NCBI RefSeq assembly: GCF_009834535.1
Contig: NC_045697.1
Span: forward strand, 44,022,001 to 44,086,000
Source: Camelus ferus
Taxonomy: Eukaryota
DNA: 64,000 nt
Direction: 5' to 3'
Shown here: positions 15,150 through 28,079 of the stretch, one piece after another
Numbering within the stretch: position 1 is the stretch's first letter
How the letters are laid out: each line of letters starts with the position of its first letter
The notes under the pieces: generated by a model
Databases searched by the model: none
The model's input: the letters and a program-made list of their open reading frames with translations, nothing else
What the model was told of the DNA's origin: nothing
Position numbers and translations under genes: made by a program

Positions 15150-15730
15150 CACAACCAACCTCAGGCCCGCCCCCTCGGTCGGCAGGCCCGCTCCTAGCCT
15201 CACATTCGAAAGGCGCCGTCAACCCAAGGAAAGCAAGTCTCTGGCTTCACTCCCCACCTCCCAGGCCCCTGAGAAATACTCACTTGCCCGCCAGATCTTT
15301 ATGAGAACCACTCGAATTCATGAGCTGGCCCAAATCTTGTCGCACGGCCGCCGCCATCTTTCTCCCAGCTCAGCGGAGGCTGCGGGAACCTCTCGCTGCC
15401 AAAAGAAAACGAGTGTAGTCCTCCAAAGTGCAGCCAGAGGGAACCCGAGATGCCACAGAGTAGCGTCTGTGTGGGCCAGAGCGCCGAGTGTGGGAGCCGG
15501 CATTAGGCCCGCCCCCAGGTTTGAGTGGCAGGAAGCTCCACTCCTCAAGTCTTAGGCCCGCCCGGCTTATCCCATACGCTCAGGCTCGCACGCTCCCACT
15601 TCGGATTGGCGGATGAACTCCAAGGGACTGTGTCGCTTGTGCAACCCCAGTAAGTGCCCAAGACACAAAACTACTGCGTTTTTGTCAGGTTCCGTGTCTC
15701 ACGTCTATGGTTTGCCGTCCCTTTAAGGCA
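15150..15730 (-). promoter_or_regulatory. COPS4 CpG-rich promoter/first-exon region
   Basis: CpG-dense; GC boxes at 15503-15514 and 15552-15563; CCAAT (ATTGG at 15606-15610); YY1-type AAGATGGCGG over the start codon. Confidence 0.85.
15284..15357 (-). CDS. COPS4: COP9 signalosome subunit 4, coding exon 1 ([25 protein letters not shown])
   Basis: Reverse-complement translation matches the recalled COPS4 N-terminus; ATG in aagATGG context; donor AA|gtgagt; 74 nt (24 codons + 2). Confidence 0.98.
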
Positions 15731-15852
15731 GCCCTCAAACTACCCGAGGTAAAGAACGAGTTGTTTTTGTTTACAATTCACCACAGACCGGTACTTTGTT
15801 GAAGTACAATAAAAAATATCTCCATTCCCCTTCCCACTCCGCACCCTTTACA

Positions 15853-15984
15853 TAGGTTGATTATACACCCCAGTTTGTCCGGGACAGTGCCATTTTCCAT
15901 CTGTTGTCCTGGAGCAGTAGTTAATAGCATGTCCTTTCACTCTAGAAACTGCTCCATGTGGATGACAAATTATATGATCACCTT
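15853..15984. mobile_element. MER94-like hAT-Blackjack element upstream of COPS4
   Basis: ccagtttgtccgggacagt...gatgacaaattatatgatcacct resembles recalled MER94, with degenerate terminal inverted repeats. Confidence 0.6.
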
Positions 15985-18900
15985 ACCTTGACATGTAATT
16001 TTATTTACTATGTATGCATCCTTAACAGAATTTCTGTCTGCAAAAACAAGCAAATAAATGTAAAAATTTATCTATTTTTTCTAGCTTTCACAAAAGATAA
16101 CACATCATATCATTTTTCTGCTCTTGACTGTTTCACTCTTTCAGAAGATTTTACCACGTAAGTCCAGAAAGCTTAAGTCCAGAGAGCTTCTTCATTCTTT
16201 TTTTAGACCTGGAGAGTATTTCATATAATTCGGGGATGCCATGGTTTATTTAATCCCCATAGCTAGACGCTTAGGTTATTTTTAGTCAATCAACCAATGT
16301 TGCAATGCATAACCTTGTACACACATTGTTTTATATGTGTACAGGTAGAATACATTCCAAGAAGAGAGTCAAAGGTACTTACAGTTTTGATAGATACTGC
16401 CAAATTGCACTTTATAAGGATGGTACCATTTTGCCTTCCAAGCAGCAATACATAAGAGTGCAAACTTCTACAAATTTGCCTACATATATGTCAAAAATAC
16501 GAAAGGATGTCAAACTTGAATTTTTGTCACTTGACATGTGAAAAATAGCATGTTCCCTCTACTGGGAAGGGAAAAGAAAAGAAGACCAGAAACAAGGAAA
16601 TTCTTCGAGAAAGTAATGTGGAGAGTACCACATCAATTCATCTCTCACTCCCTTGGCAAAAACTTAGAAATGACCATTCCTATCAACAGTGAGACTGGAA
16701 ATTTAGTTTCCTTTTGCCCAGGAAAAAGGAAAGGATAATTTTAGAAGGACAATCAGCAGTCTCTACTACCATCTGTCCCTCCGACCATAATATTTGTGTG
16801 TATCCTTCTTACAGTAGAACATTCTCACCCCTAAAGAAGAGAATTCAGTTTCCCATTCAGTTTCTCTACCAACTTAAAAATCCAGAATATCTGATGGAGT
16901 ATAACCCTCTCCATCAGGTTGGGATGTGGCTTTTCATAGTCCAGACACATGTACATTATAGAACAAATTTTCTGCCTTATGCCATACAAAACAGTAGTGG
17001 AGCAGAAACAGGGTAACCAGTTACAACTCATAGAAAGTAAGAGTGGAAAACACACAACAGTTACTTGTCTATAACAATGGTAAAATCCTGGGCAGGAATT
17101 ATAAACATCCACTACCTTGGTTAGACCCTAGTTGTGCATTTCGAGAAGATGTTGATCGTTCACTATATTCCATGGGTCCAAACTTTTCACTCTGAATACA
17201 AGTTATCTGAATGTTGCCAGGTATGCCCTCTTAAGGGAAATGCTTTAGAGCTTGAACAATTGAGGGCATTTTTAGGCCAGGTTTTTCCAGTGTTTTTTTA
17301 AAACATAATTTTATTGACTATTCTGCAAACTCTGTTTGCTTACAGACAGTCTCAGGTGCCAGTGACCACACCCAAAGTTGTTTCTAGAAGTAGTCATTAA
17401 ATCTGCCCTGTTTCCTGACTTCCACACTTAACCTGTTCTTAACATCTTTTGAATGATGGCAACCTTGAATTATCTGAAACAATAAAATATGTGAGAAGAG
17501 AACTCTGTTAGTTTGACTTTTGCTTCAACTTATCTTTGTTTTCTACTGTTTTTTATTTATTTGTGTTTTCCAAAAAGTCTTAATGGGTTCCAAGAAATCT
17601 CTAAGCCAAGTCTTCTCTTCTGTTTTTTCTTTTCTTTTCTTTTCTTTTGTATTAGGTTTAAAACACTTGGCTTTTTCAACTTAGTGAAGCACCACAATTT
17701 CTGGACATTGTACTCCCTGTTTGCCCCAACTTCAAACTTTACTTGTAATACAAAAAGAAGACAAAAAGAAGTAGCCACACACACAAATTGGCTCTTTCCA
17801 GATACCTCCACTAGAGCTACAAGCTAGGGAAGAAGGTTATCTGTCTTCCTAGTTATTGCAGGCATCAATTTTACTAAATTTTTTGACATGACAAGCCCTC
17901 CCCTTTCCAGACTGCTTATTACCCTGGCCTAACCTCTCAGAGAATACTGCGTATTTTTAGATTTTGCTCATAGCAGTGAGAAAAACAAACCTGGACGGCA
18001 CTGGAAGCTTGTTCTCTCCCTCTTTTCAGTTACTTAGCAAGAAACTAGCTAAGCACATCTGAGTTAAGGGAAGTGCACAAATCCTAGTTCTTTTTTACCA
18101 GGTAAAACTTTGGGTCCCAGCCCTGACTTACTGAGTCAAAGTTGTCATGTTTACAAAATCCATCTGGTAATTCTTGCACATTAAAGCTTGAGTAGCACTG
18201 CTCTGGGTGATGTCACCGCTGGTATATGAGCTCTTCTCATCAGACTCTTACTTAGTAAGGCCTGTTTCTCTGTTCAGGAATCTCCCATTTTTACGTAATC
18301 AACTAGGTGGTCTCTAGCCCCTCACGGTTTCCCTACTAATATGCAGAAGAAGTCATCCTGGGGTCCTTTTCCTAGCTCATCTTCCACTCTACATCCCATG
18401 TGCCCAGCTCAAATATGTTATAAAAGTCAAAAAAAATTAAATAAAAAGCATAAGTGAGTGTACATATTCTGCTGCTTTCTGAGCACTAATCTTTACTCTG
18501 AATTTTTTCCATATGTTGTTAGTGCCATGTATCAAAATTGTTCTTGAATCGTCTCGTGTTTCCCAGCCTAGTTCCCAGAATCAGCCATTTCTCCAAAAAG
18601 CCTTTGTTCCTTTAGTTCCTTTTAGGAATGAGATTTACAGATAACAATCTGAGTGCTAGGGATGCTCATTGCTACCATGCTGGTCATTTGGGAACCTTTT
18701 CATAGGCTAGAGCTAGGACATATATACATATTTTAAGGCTAAAATAACTCATGAGTTTATAATGATACTTCCAATTCCAATTTGGGTGGTTTTACTTAAC
18801 CTCTTCTCTACTACATCTGTATCTCCTGACTTCCACATCCAAAACCCTGGCCCACAATATATAGGAGATCACAGACTCAGAATTTTCCATAATTCATTTC

Positions 18901-20583
18901 ATTCATCCCACATTATATACACAATGGCCTCAGAATACACTAAAGCGAACACTTTCAATATGATTGCCAAAAAGAGTTCAGTATTTTCCTGCCATTCCTT
19001 GCCCCATTTCCTCTTATTTTTCTTAATTGTACACATCTATATTGTGAGCACACACAGCCATTACAAATGGTACTTTCTTGCTTTTAAGCCTAATTTAGTC
19101 TTAGTTCTGTAAGTAGTTCATATTTAATGCTCACCATCAGCTCTTCTATCGATAGCTCTCTGATCCTTTTGGTTGTCTGAAGTTAGTTCTTTAAAAGGTT
19201 TCTCAGGAAGTATTCAAGGAAACCACATTCTTAGTAACATCTTCTGTCTCTTGTGTTTGAAAATCAGGTTTGTTAGATATAATCAACCTTGCGTCACTTT
19301 TCCTGACTGTACCACATCTTAAGTGTGATACTCTATTTTCTTGTGGCATAAAGCGTTGCTGAAAATATCTCATACTAGACTATGTGCTGATGTTGGTCAT
19401 TCTGGGTCAATATTCTCAGGTACACAGTGTGCTCTTTCCATATGTAGTTTTCATTTTTTTTTTTTGGCAAAACCTTATCTATAATTATAATATCTTACAC
19501 TTGTTCTATTATTTTGGTTTCTTTCTTCAGAAACTACTGTTATCTATATGTTAAACCAGAAGATCTACCTATTTTCAATGTTAGTCACCTTTCCTCAAAA
19601 TCTTTTTATTTCCTTTTTCACATATTTTTATTTTTAAAAATTTCTTCCTTTTCACTATATTTCTCACGAAGCATTATCTGCCATTTTTATTTTCTCCTGG
19701 TTTCCTTCTACTTTAGTCTTCATTTCTAATGTGATTTTTTTTCTAATTATTTCCTGAGTTCTACCACTTATTCTGGGTGTTCCTAATTTTATTGTGTTAT
19801 CCTATCATGTCCTATATCATTTCCTTTTCAATTTAACTCATGAGAAAAGTGTATTAAAGCTTAAAAAAAAAGTATCTCATCTTCTTTTCAATTTAGCTAG
19901 TGATTACTTTCCCTTTTCTGACATTCACAATCAAACGTTTTTTCTCTAATAATATATGAGAACCAGTTGTCAGTCATTTCCTTCCTTCTAGACACTTTAG
20001 TCCCCAATTGGCTTTTTACTACACCTCAGTAAAAGAGAGTCTTAAGAATATTTTCACTTCCACACCTTGCACTCCTAGTGGAGACTTTCAGAACATAAGG
20101 AGTGCATGTTCTGCTCCTTCCACCTCCACCTAATTCCTAAGTTTCACTGAGAAAAGTTGGTATTTTTGTTCTGTTTCACCAAGTATTTTGTTTCCCTTTG
20201 CAGTACCTCTCTTGTAGTTTAGGGCTCCTCAATTTTCCTCTTGTGTTATAATTCCCAGTTACATTGTTATTATTCACTTCCACTGCTATATAAATTCAAA
20301 GTAAATTACTCATCACAATTTCCCTTTCTCTTCATCTTTCCTGTCTTGATATGAGGTCTCTGTTCCAATTGTTTTATTGTTTGGTAGTATTTACCCTTAA
20401 GTGGCCTGTTAAATGCTGTGCATGGATAACATACTTGTGAATCCGTGCCTACTCAGAAATATTTATCATCCTGACAGTTGATGGGATTTCGGCTGATCTG
20501 CTGTCATTTTCCCTCAGTGACCTGCAAATGTTATTCCACCATCTTCTAGCTACCAGGATTTCAGATAAGTCCAATGCCAGTGA

Positions 20584-20730
20584 TCTCTCTCTCTCTTTCT
20601 CCCCTCCCTCCTATCCATCTCCTTCTCTCCTCCTCTGTCTTTCTCTTCCTCCTTTCCTCCTTCTCTTCCTCTCTCCTCCATTCTGTCTCTCCCCCTTTTT
20701 TCCCTTTCTCTCTCCTTCTTTCTTCTCTTT
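20584..20730. repeat. CT-rich polypyrimidine low-complexity tract
   Basis: About 145 nt almost entirely C/T. Confidence 0.85.
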
Positions 20731-20847
20731 GAGAGACTAAATATGCAAACAGGCAATGGGAGACCATATAGAAAAATAAAACTCTGACTCATAACCCGTA
20801 GCACCAGTCCAAGAAATCAACTCACTATCTGCAGCAACCATCCCAGG

Positions 20848-21345
20848 ATACATGCAACAACATGAATGAATCTCAAAAGCAATATGCTGAATGAAAGAAA
20901 CCAGATATATATATATATATTTATGTATATAAATGTTCCATTTACATGAAGTTCTAAATTATAAAAAAAAAAGCTAATCTATGGTGGTAGAAAATCTGAA
21001 CTTACTGGAGGAGGGGGAAATGGAAAAGGGTAGGAATTTACTGGGAAGTAGCAGGAGGTGATAGAAATGTTCTAGAGGGAGGGTATAGCTCAAAATGCTA
21101 GAGTGCATGCTTAGCATGCACAAGGTCTTGGGTTCAATCCCCAGTACCTCCTCTAAAAAATAAATAAATGAATGTAATTACCTCTCTCACCCCCCAAAAA
21201 AAAACTTTAAAAAAAAGAAGATTTTAACGAAAAAGAAATGTTCCATATGTTGGTAGGAGTGTGGGTTACATGGGGTATACGGATTTATCAAAGTTTATCA
21301 AACTATACACTTAAGATCTGTGCATTTCCCTGAATGTAAAACCTT
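20848..21345 (+). mobile_element. Old L1 3' end fragment (interrupted by SINE)
   Basis: catgcaacaacatgaatgaatctcaaaagcaatatgctgaatgaaagaaaccaga...aactatacacttaagatctgtgcattt. Confidence 0.75.
21075..21233 (+). mobile_element. tRNA-Ala-derived SINE (Vic-1-type) nested in an old L1 3' end
   Basis: Same head and B-box; TSD AGAAATGTTC at 21063-21072 and 21234-21243. Confidence 0.9.
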
Positions 21346-23734
21346 AAAAAGGGAACACACACACACAATTAATAATTAATAAATAAAAAGGGGACACAAT
21401 CATGCTTTTTGTTCCATAGTCTTGTGTGTATGTGTTGAATTTAGTCTTCTGTTTAGATATGTACATATTTTATTATTTATGTGCTTATATATTTATTGAT
21501 GTATTTTATGCTTTTATTTATGTATTTATTTATGGTTTAAGTTGTCTTCTCTTTTTCTAGTAGTTTCAAGGCTAGTACTCATCCAGCCTCAGAGAAAAAG
21601 AAGTTCCAACAAAACCCTTACGCTTCCCCAAATCTCCTCTAGTGTCAAGATGACCAGCAAATCCTCTCAGGACAGTGCCAGTACAGATCTGATCTTTCTA
21701 CTTCAAGGTCCATGGATCTTCACAGGCTACACTCTCTTCATTACCCACTGTGTTCTGATTCTCTTTCCTTTCTATCTCTAGGCTCACCATAACCTGAGGC
21801 TTCATTCGTGCCATCTGGTGCCCACCCTGTCTGTCTGCTGTTCTCATGTGTTCATGTTTCAAGTGGAATCATATAGTTGAAAGCAGGTAAAAGAGGTGTG
21901 CTAGCCTGACTGATTTTTGTAAACCACCTGGTACCCAGAACTGTGTGCTTTGTGTTAACTAGGCACTCAAAGAAAATTTGTTAAATTGAGTGAATAACAT
22001 AGTTGGATAAATAGGAGACCTCGAAAATCCCAGCATGTTGAATGTGATGTTGTTTCCGTCTCAACCTCCCTTCCCTGAGAGTCTTCACCCATCCCTTGAG
22101 GAACAACAAGGTTTGCTGACTTTTCCCATCAATTTAAGTGCTAAAATCAAGGCGTTTACAACTCTCAGGGCTGGGTAGGAACTAACATCAGTAAGGTGGA
22201 AAAGATGATGCAAATCTGCCACGAACTGTGGCAACAAACAGAAGCAGATAGTTAAACTCAGGTTATAAAGCAAGAGATCTGAGAGCTAATAAGATGAGTA
22301 GGAAAGGGTGGGTTAAGAGTGTAAGTGGAAGGACTGTCCTGGGTGAAAACTGTGATGAGCACTGTGGTCCAACAATAGAGACCCTCAGACTCTTTTAATA
22401 AAATAACACCTGGAGGACTTTCAGCATCTGCCGAGATGTAGAGAGCTGGAAAGAGCACTGCTCTCGCCACACAGCAATAAGCTAGGTCATCTACAAAATT
22501 ATAACTTTTATTAAACCAATCAAAGACCTGCGATTATAGGGCAACCAACTAGCCTGAAATGTAAGGAAAGGCTTGTGCTTCTAAACACAGATGAGATGCG
22601 AGCACTGGGTCATCTGTGGCAGAGCATGGGAAGGAAGACGGGGCAGCCATGCAAGCAGGAAGGAAGACTTCTGCTAAATTTTTAAATAAATTGCTAAAGA
22701 AAAAGTGTGCGCTGGCATGCTTGTAGGGAGCCATGATTATAAGTGGATTCACATCACATCCACTCTCAGTCTGGTCTCCTGGGACCCCCCAGTGGGTAGC
22801 CAGGACAAAGACTGGGGGCAGGGTGGAAGGTAAGAGACAGACTCCTGGGTCCTACAAGCCTAGAAGAGAGGAGTGGCTGCCATTGTAGGAAAGGCAGGAG
22901 AAAACCCAGTCCCTTCTCCCCTAAGGAAGGAAAGACTTGAACTGATGGGAAAAGGCAGCAAACCTTGCTATTCCTCAAGGGATGGGTGAAGACACAATGC
23001 AGCTGGAGGAATAGGGAAAAGAGGCGGGGAAACCATTCTAATCCTGGGAGAGGGACTGGAAACTGTCTAGGGGACAGATTCAACCTTGCAGATAAAACGT
23101 AGTGCATGGGAAGAAATACTCTTCCTCTGCATCTGATATTTGTGTGTTGCGTGTATTATGTCTACGTATGATACTAGGTGACAGCCACTGGAAGGCAAGC
23201 CTATGAACTAAGGCAAGACCTTGAGAATGGCCGTGTGGAGAGGAAGAAAGAGCCAGCTTCGTTGATGATATCTTTTCTCTGCTGAACTATCCTGGAAAAT
23301 TTCTCTACCATTTATTTTATGAGCTATGCAGAGTGTTATGAAATATATAAGCTATTTTTACCTGGGCTTTCTATGACTTGCAGCTGAAAGCTGCCTAGTT
23401 ACTGTCCTTAGTCATTTACAACTATGTAGCAGATAGCTTTGTGGGTAGCTTTGTGAGTTCACAGGCCTCAGGCCAGAGCCATCTCAAGAATTTTTACATT
23501 GGAAGAACAAAGAACAGCAGTTTGATTGGACTAAGGAGGTGAATGCTATGTGAACAGAGCAGTTTACAGAAGACTGATGAGTCATTTGTCTTCCTCAAAG
23601 AAAGGGGTTGTTTTCATGGAGATTATAAAGGGTGAAAGTGTTCTAATCTCCTCCCAGGCTACACCTATGTAGGCCCATGTACAAGGTGTCTTCACATCGC
23701 CTCTTCTGGTAGTTTGGATCAATGCCCTCAATTC

Positions 23735-24295
23735 TTCATTCCCTCTCTGTGCTAGAACTGGTAATACACCTACACCCTGTGCCATGTACCTTCTACCTCA
23801 CTAGTGTAGAAAGGAATATACATCCTCCGTCTTATTGATGTTGGGCCATATGACTTGTTTTGGCCAATGAAACAAGTGGCAGTTGTCTGGCAGAAGTGAC
23901 AGTGTGCCAGTTGGCCAGAGAAGTAGCCTTAAAAAGGATATCATGTTTCCACTCATTCCTGTCGTGTTCCTATGCAGTGGGGAGGGTAGAGCTCAGTGGT
24001 AGAGCACATGCTTAGCATGCCCGAGGTCCTGGGTTCAATCCCCATTGCTTCCATTAAAAATAAATAAATAAAGCTGTTGTGTTCCTGTGCTCCACTAAGA
24101 GAGTGTGCCCGGGTAGCTAATGCCCTATCAGCTTGGGGCCAGAATCTTGATATACAAAACAGATGGGAACCCAACCGTAAGCCTGGGTTCCAAACCTACC
24201 TGAGCCCTGCCTAGGTCAATGAACCCAGTCAATTCATGAGAAAAATAAATGCTTGTGATTATAAGCCACGAAGAATTTTAAGATGTTTTGTAATT
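23735..24295 (+). mobile_element. MLT1-type LTR (interrupted by SINE)
   Basis: ccatatgacttgttttggccaatgaaa...gaagtgacagtgtgccagtt...aataaatgcttgtgattataagccac. Confidence 0.7.
23979..24072 (+). mobile_element. tRNA-Ala-derived SINE (Vic-1-type, short tail) nested in an MLT1-like LTR
   Basis: A/B boxes and (TAAA)n tail; 17-bp near-identical flanks at 23959-23975 and 24074-24090. Confidence 0.9.
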
Positions 24296-25687
24296 AAAAC
24301 CAAAATCAAAACAACAAAAACGCTACCTGGTTTTCAGTCTCTCTGGAGGGAGATATTTTCTTTCTCCTACTAGGTGGAAAGGTGGGCACACACTTTCAAA
24401 CACATTAAATTCTTTGTGTCCAGGTCCAAATAAGCAAAGCTGAGGGAAAGGAAGCATTTCCCTCTCCCGGTGTCAGCCCTTCTTTCAAGTTCCCATATCC
24501 TGTCTCAAGATGCGCCTCTTAGGATGATGGAGGGAGTTTGTCAATATCTACTTCCTTCAAGGGAAAACCCCACTCCTAACCACAGGGATGGTTACACCCC
24601 TAGAAGAACAAGTACATCAGAACATTACAGAGGATCCTCTACTTCTATCATTTTAATTAGAAAATCAAAAACAACAATCATGGAGGCAAAGAAATCATAT
24701 AGCCAGAGGAAAAGTAAATGAATCCTACCTGGCCCAGCAGATGACTTTAGTGGTTGACTTTATTTTTTCAGGTGGTTTGACATTATTAATCACATCATGT
24801 GCCATAAGGTAAAAACCTGGAGTGTGTTCAAAGTATACTGATCCATATTCCCTTAGTCCAAATCCTTGGGTATCTATGTGTTTTTGGAATTAAGGATATT
24901 TTGAATTTTAGAAAGCACGTGCAGATTATAAGAACACTCCTTTTTTTTCTTTTAAAACCAACTTTAGTGGAGTATAATTTACATATACTAAAACATCTGT
25001 TTTAAGCGTAATGAGTTCAGGCCATTGTATATAACCTTATGCAACCAAGACCACAATCAAGGTCAAAAACATTGCCATCACCTCAGAAAGTTCCTTCCAA
25101 CCCCTTAGGTCTTTATCAAATTCCATAATCAAACATATATTTCTGCACTGATGTATATTGAATACTCAGACATTAAATATTCTAAAGAATATTAATACCT
25201 TATGTCATATTGGTTTTCCTACTAAATGAGTTTGTCATGAGGGTCCAGAAATTTCAGTTTTCAAAACGTTTTAGATTTTAAAATTGTTGATAAGGAGCTC
25301 TGGATCTGTTCTAAAAAGTTTTATATGATAATGAAAAAGAAATGTGATAATTACACTTATACAGATTTATACATGTTGGTTGCTTGTATAGAGACATCTT
25401 GGGCTTATGACAAATAGACTCAAGAGCAAAGGAACTTCTGAATAATCTTTTGGAAATGAATATATTTTAAGAAAATTTTATTAACTAGTGTGTACTTTGT
25501 ACCTAGCAGTATACCTGGTATGTAATAGATGCCCAGTAATACATTTTGTTTTTTCTTTTGATAACTCTACCCAACTCATACCTCAATACCATCTTTTCAT
25601 TTTTCGTATTGATATTTTCCTCAGAAACCTCCTTTATTTAAAATCTCTAAATTTTTCTACTAGTTATTGGCTGTCATTTCCTCTAAA

Positions 25688-25898
25688 ACCATGCTATCCA
25701 ATATTGTAGTCATCAGCCACATGTGGCTATTTGTATTTAAATTAATGACAATGAAATAAAATGAAAATTCTGTTCCTTAGCCACATTAACCACATTTCAG
25801 TTGCTTGATAGCCACACAGTAGCCTAGAGGCTACTGTATCAGATAGTGTGGATGTAGAACAGTTCCACCTTCCCGGAAAGTTCCGTTGGATAGAGCTG
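25688..25898. mobile_element. MER3-like hAT-Charlie element
   Basis: agccacatgtggctattt...aaaattctgttccttag...gaaagttccgttggatagagctg. Confidence 0.75.
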
Positions 25899-26139
25899 CT
25901 CTGTCTTGTTCAGCACTTTATTCCCAGTGCCTTGCTCAGTGCTTAGGATTTGGTAGATGATCAACAAATATTTGTTGAATAAATGCTTTTAGTTCATCTA
26001 GAAAAGCCAGCATACAAATGTAAGCAAAGATTTTCTTTTGTTTAAATAGTAGTGGTTCTTAGGGGCTAAAATGCTTTCCTCGAAAAAAGTAAAAAATTAT
26101 ATTACATTTTAGGCTGTATTGTAGCTTTGGTTATTATTA

Positions 26140-26375
26140 GTTTTCAGTCATGGGCACTTACCATATGCCAGGCAGTGTTCAAAGGGCTTTGTACATAGTA
26201 CCTCATTAATCTTCATGACAACCTTATGATGATGCTTTATTCCTAATTTACAGATGAAGAAACTGAGGCACAAGAAGAAACTTGCTTAGATTCACATAGC
26301 TATTAAGTGGCAGGGCCAGAATTTGGGCCGAGGCAGTCTGGCTCCAAAGGCCGAGCAATTAACCACAACACTGAG
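26140..26375 (-). mobile_element. MIR SINE
   Basis: atttacagatgaagaaactgaggcaca core; ggcagggccagaatttg...aggcagtctggctcca. Confidence 0.8.
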
Positions 26376-28079
26376 CTCTCTATAATTATTTTTAATGAGG
26401 ACCAATTGGTCTCTTCTTTCCACTATTTAAACTTCTTTTTTCTTATTTTCTTATTTAATTGCATTTAGCTAAGACGCCCTGAAAAATGTTAAATAATAGC
26501 CCCTATAGCCCCGCATCTTTGTTGGCCCCTGATTTTAATGTGAGTGCATCTGCTGTTTCACTCTAAGTACGACATTACTGTTATTTTCTGATGATTATCT
26601 TGATCCAATTAAAGAACTGTTCTTTTCTTTCTAGTTTACTGAGAATTTTTAAAATTCAGCAATGGCTGTTGAATGTTATATAATACTTCTCTAGAGCGTA
26701 TCATTTGACTTTTCTCCTTTAATTTAATAAATGTCATGATTTCTTAATATTAAACCACCATTCTTTGAATAAACTGTACTTTGTCATGGTGTGAATTCTC
26801 TTTATTACCACGTTACTGGATTTTATGTCTTAATATTCAATTTTGTCTTTGTAACAAAGTCATAGTGAGAAAAGAATTCCAACGCCCGCCCCCTTCTTTT
26901 GGTACCGTCTGACTTGGGTTTTGTTATCTGGGTTATGCTAACTTTGTGGAATATACTGGGAAATTTTCTCCTTTGGGGGGAAATTCTGTTTCCCTAGATT
27001 CTAACTGGGTTTGTGTACCCATCTCACTCTTCTTCCTTCTAGAGGTGCCCCACAGCACCACCAATCATTTAACCACGAGGTTGTGTTCTTACACTAGCTC
27101 TCAAAGCTCCTCATAAACTGGACTCACCTACTGATCCTCAGTAAACCCTGTGTATCATTCAGCTTTCTCACGTTCCTTGCACAGGCCCCAGACCTTCCCA
27201 CTTCCAAGCCATTGCTAATTTCATGCCACTTGCCTTGCAAAATCCTAACCGTAGATTTTAAAGTGGAAGGTACAGGATGGTGTTGATTATGGCAAAATAG
27301 AATTAGCCTTTAAAGCAAAGACTATTTGTAGCTACTTTGCACCCCTCACTTTATTTGATCCTCCGTATCCTGGGAAATTTTGTTATTTTCCTTTTGTAGA
27401 TGGGAAAAAAAACATGATAAATATTACACACTAATAAGTGGAGGTACCAGAATTTAAAACCAGGACTGCTTGACTCCAAAGTGATTGCTGCTTCCACTAC
27501 AGCATGTCTCACCTCCTCCATTGTGTTCTGAAGCTACAGTGCCTCACGTTGACCAGTATGTCCTCCCTGCTCCATTAGCAATTACAAGACTGTAATGGTA
27601 CCACACTATTTTACATTATGTATACACATTTGTATTTTCTATTGTTTCCTCTGTAGTTTTTGTCCCACAGAGCAGTTATTAACTGAATCTCTCAGTACCT
27701 GCTTATCCGACTTCAAATTTGGATATCTTTTCTTATCTTATAAAAAGAATAGCGGAAAAATAAAAGAAGGAAAAGGTGAACAAATACAAAGAATTTTGAT
27801 TGTGTTACTCTTGGCTGTATACTGTAAAAAAAAAAAAAAGTCCCTTTAAATAAGTTTAACTCTGCGTGGTCTCTCAGGGGCTTTTTAGAGACCCCTGTAA
27901 AATCAGTGCCTAAAAAACGAAGAGATTTGGCATTTGTGATTGCTGATCACCTCCCCACCCAAGCACGTCGAACAGCCACAACATGCTGGAAATGCCACCT
28001 ACAGCACAGACTTCCAAACAAGGAACGCTAGAAGATAAGGCAGTCCCTCCCAACCCCGCTCTTCCCCCTCCCAGCCTCA

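Noticed and set aside
23979..24053. Functional tRNA-Ala genes at the tRNA-like loci
   Set aside because: A-rich tails, target-site duplications, imperfect acceptor stems and divergence among copies identify them as SINEs.
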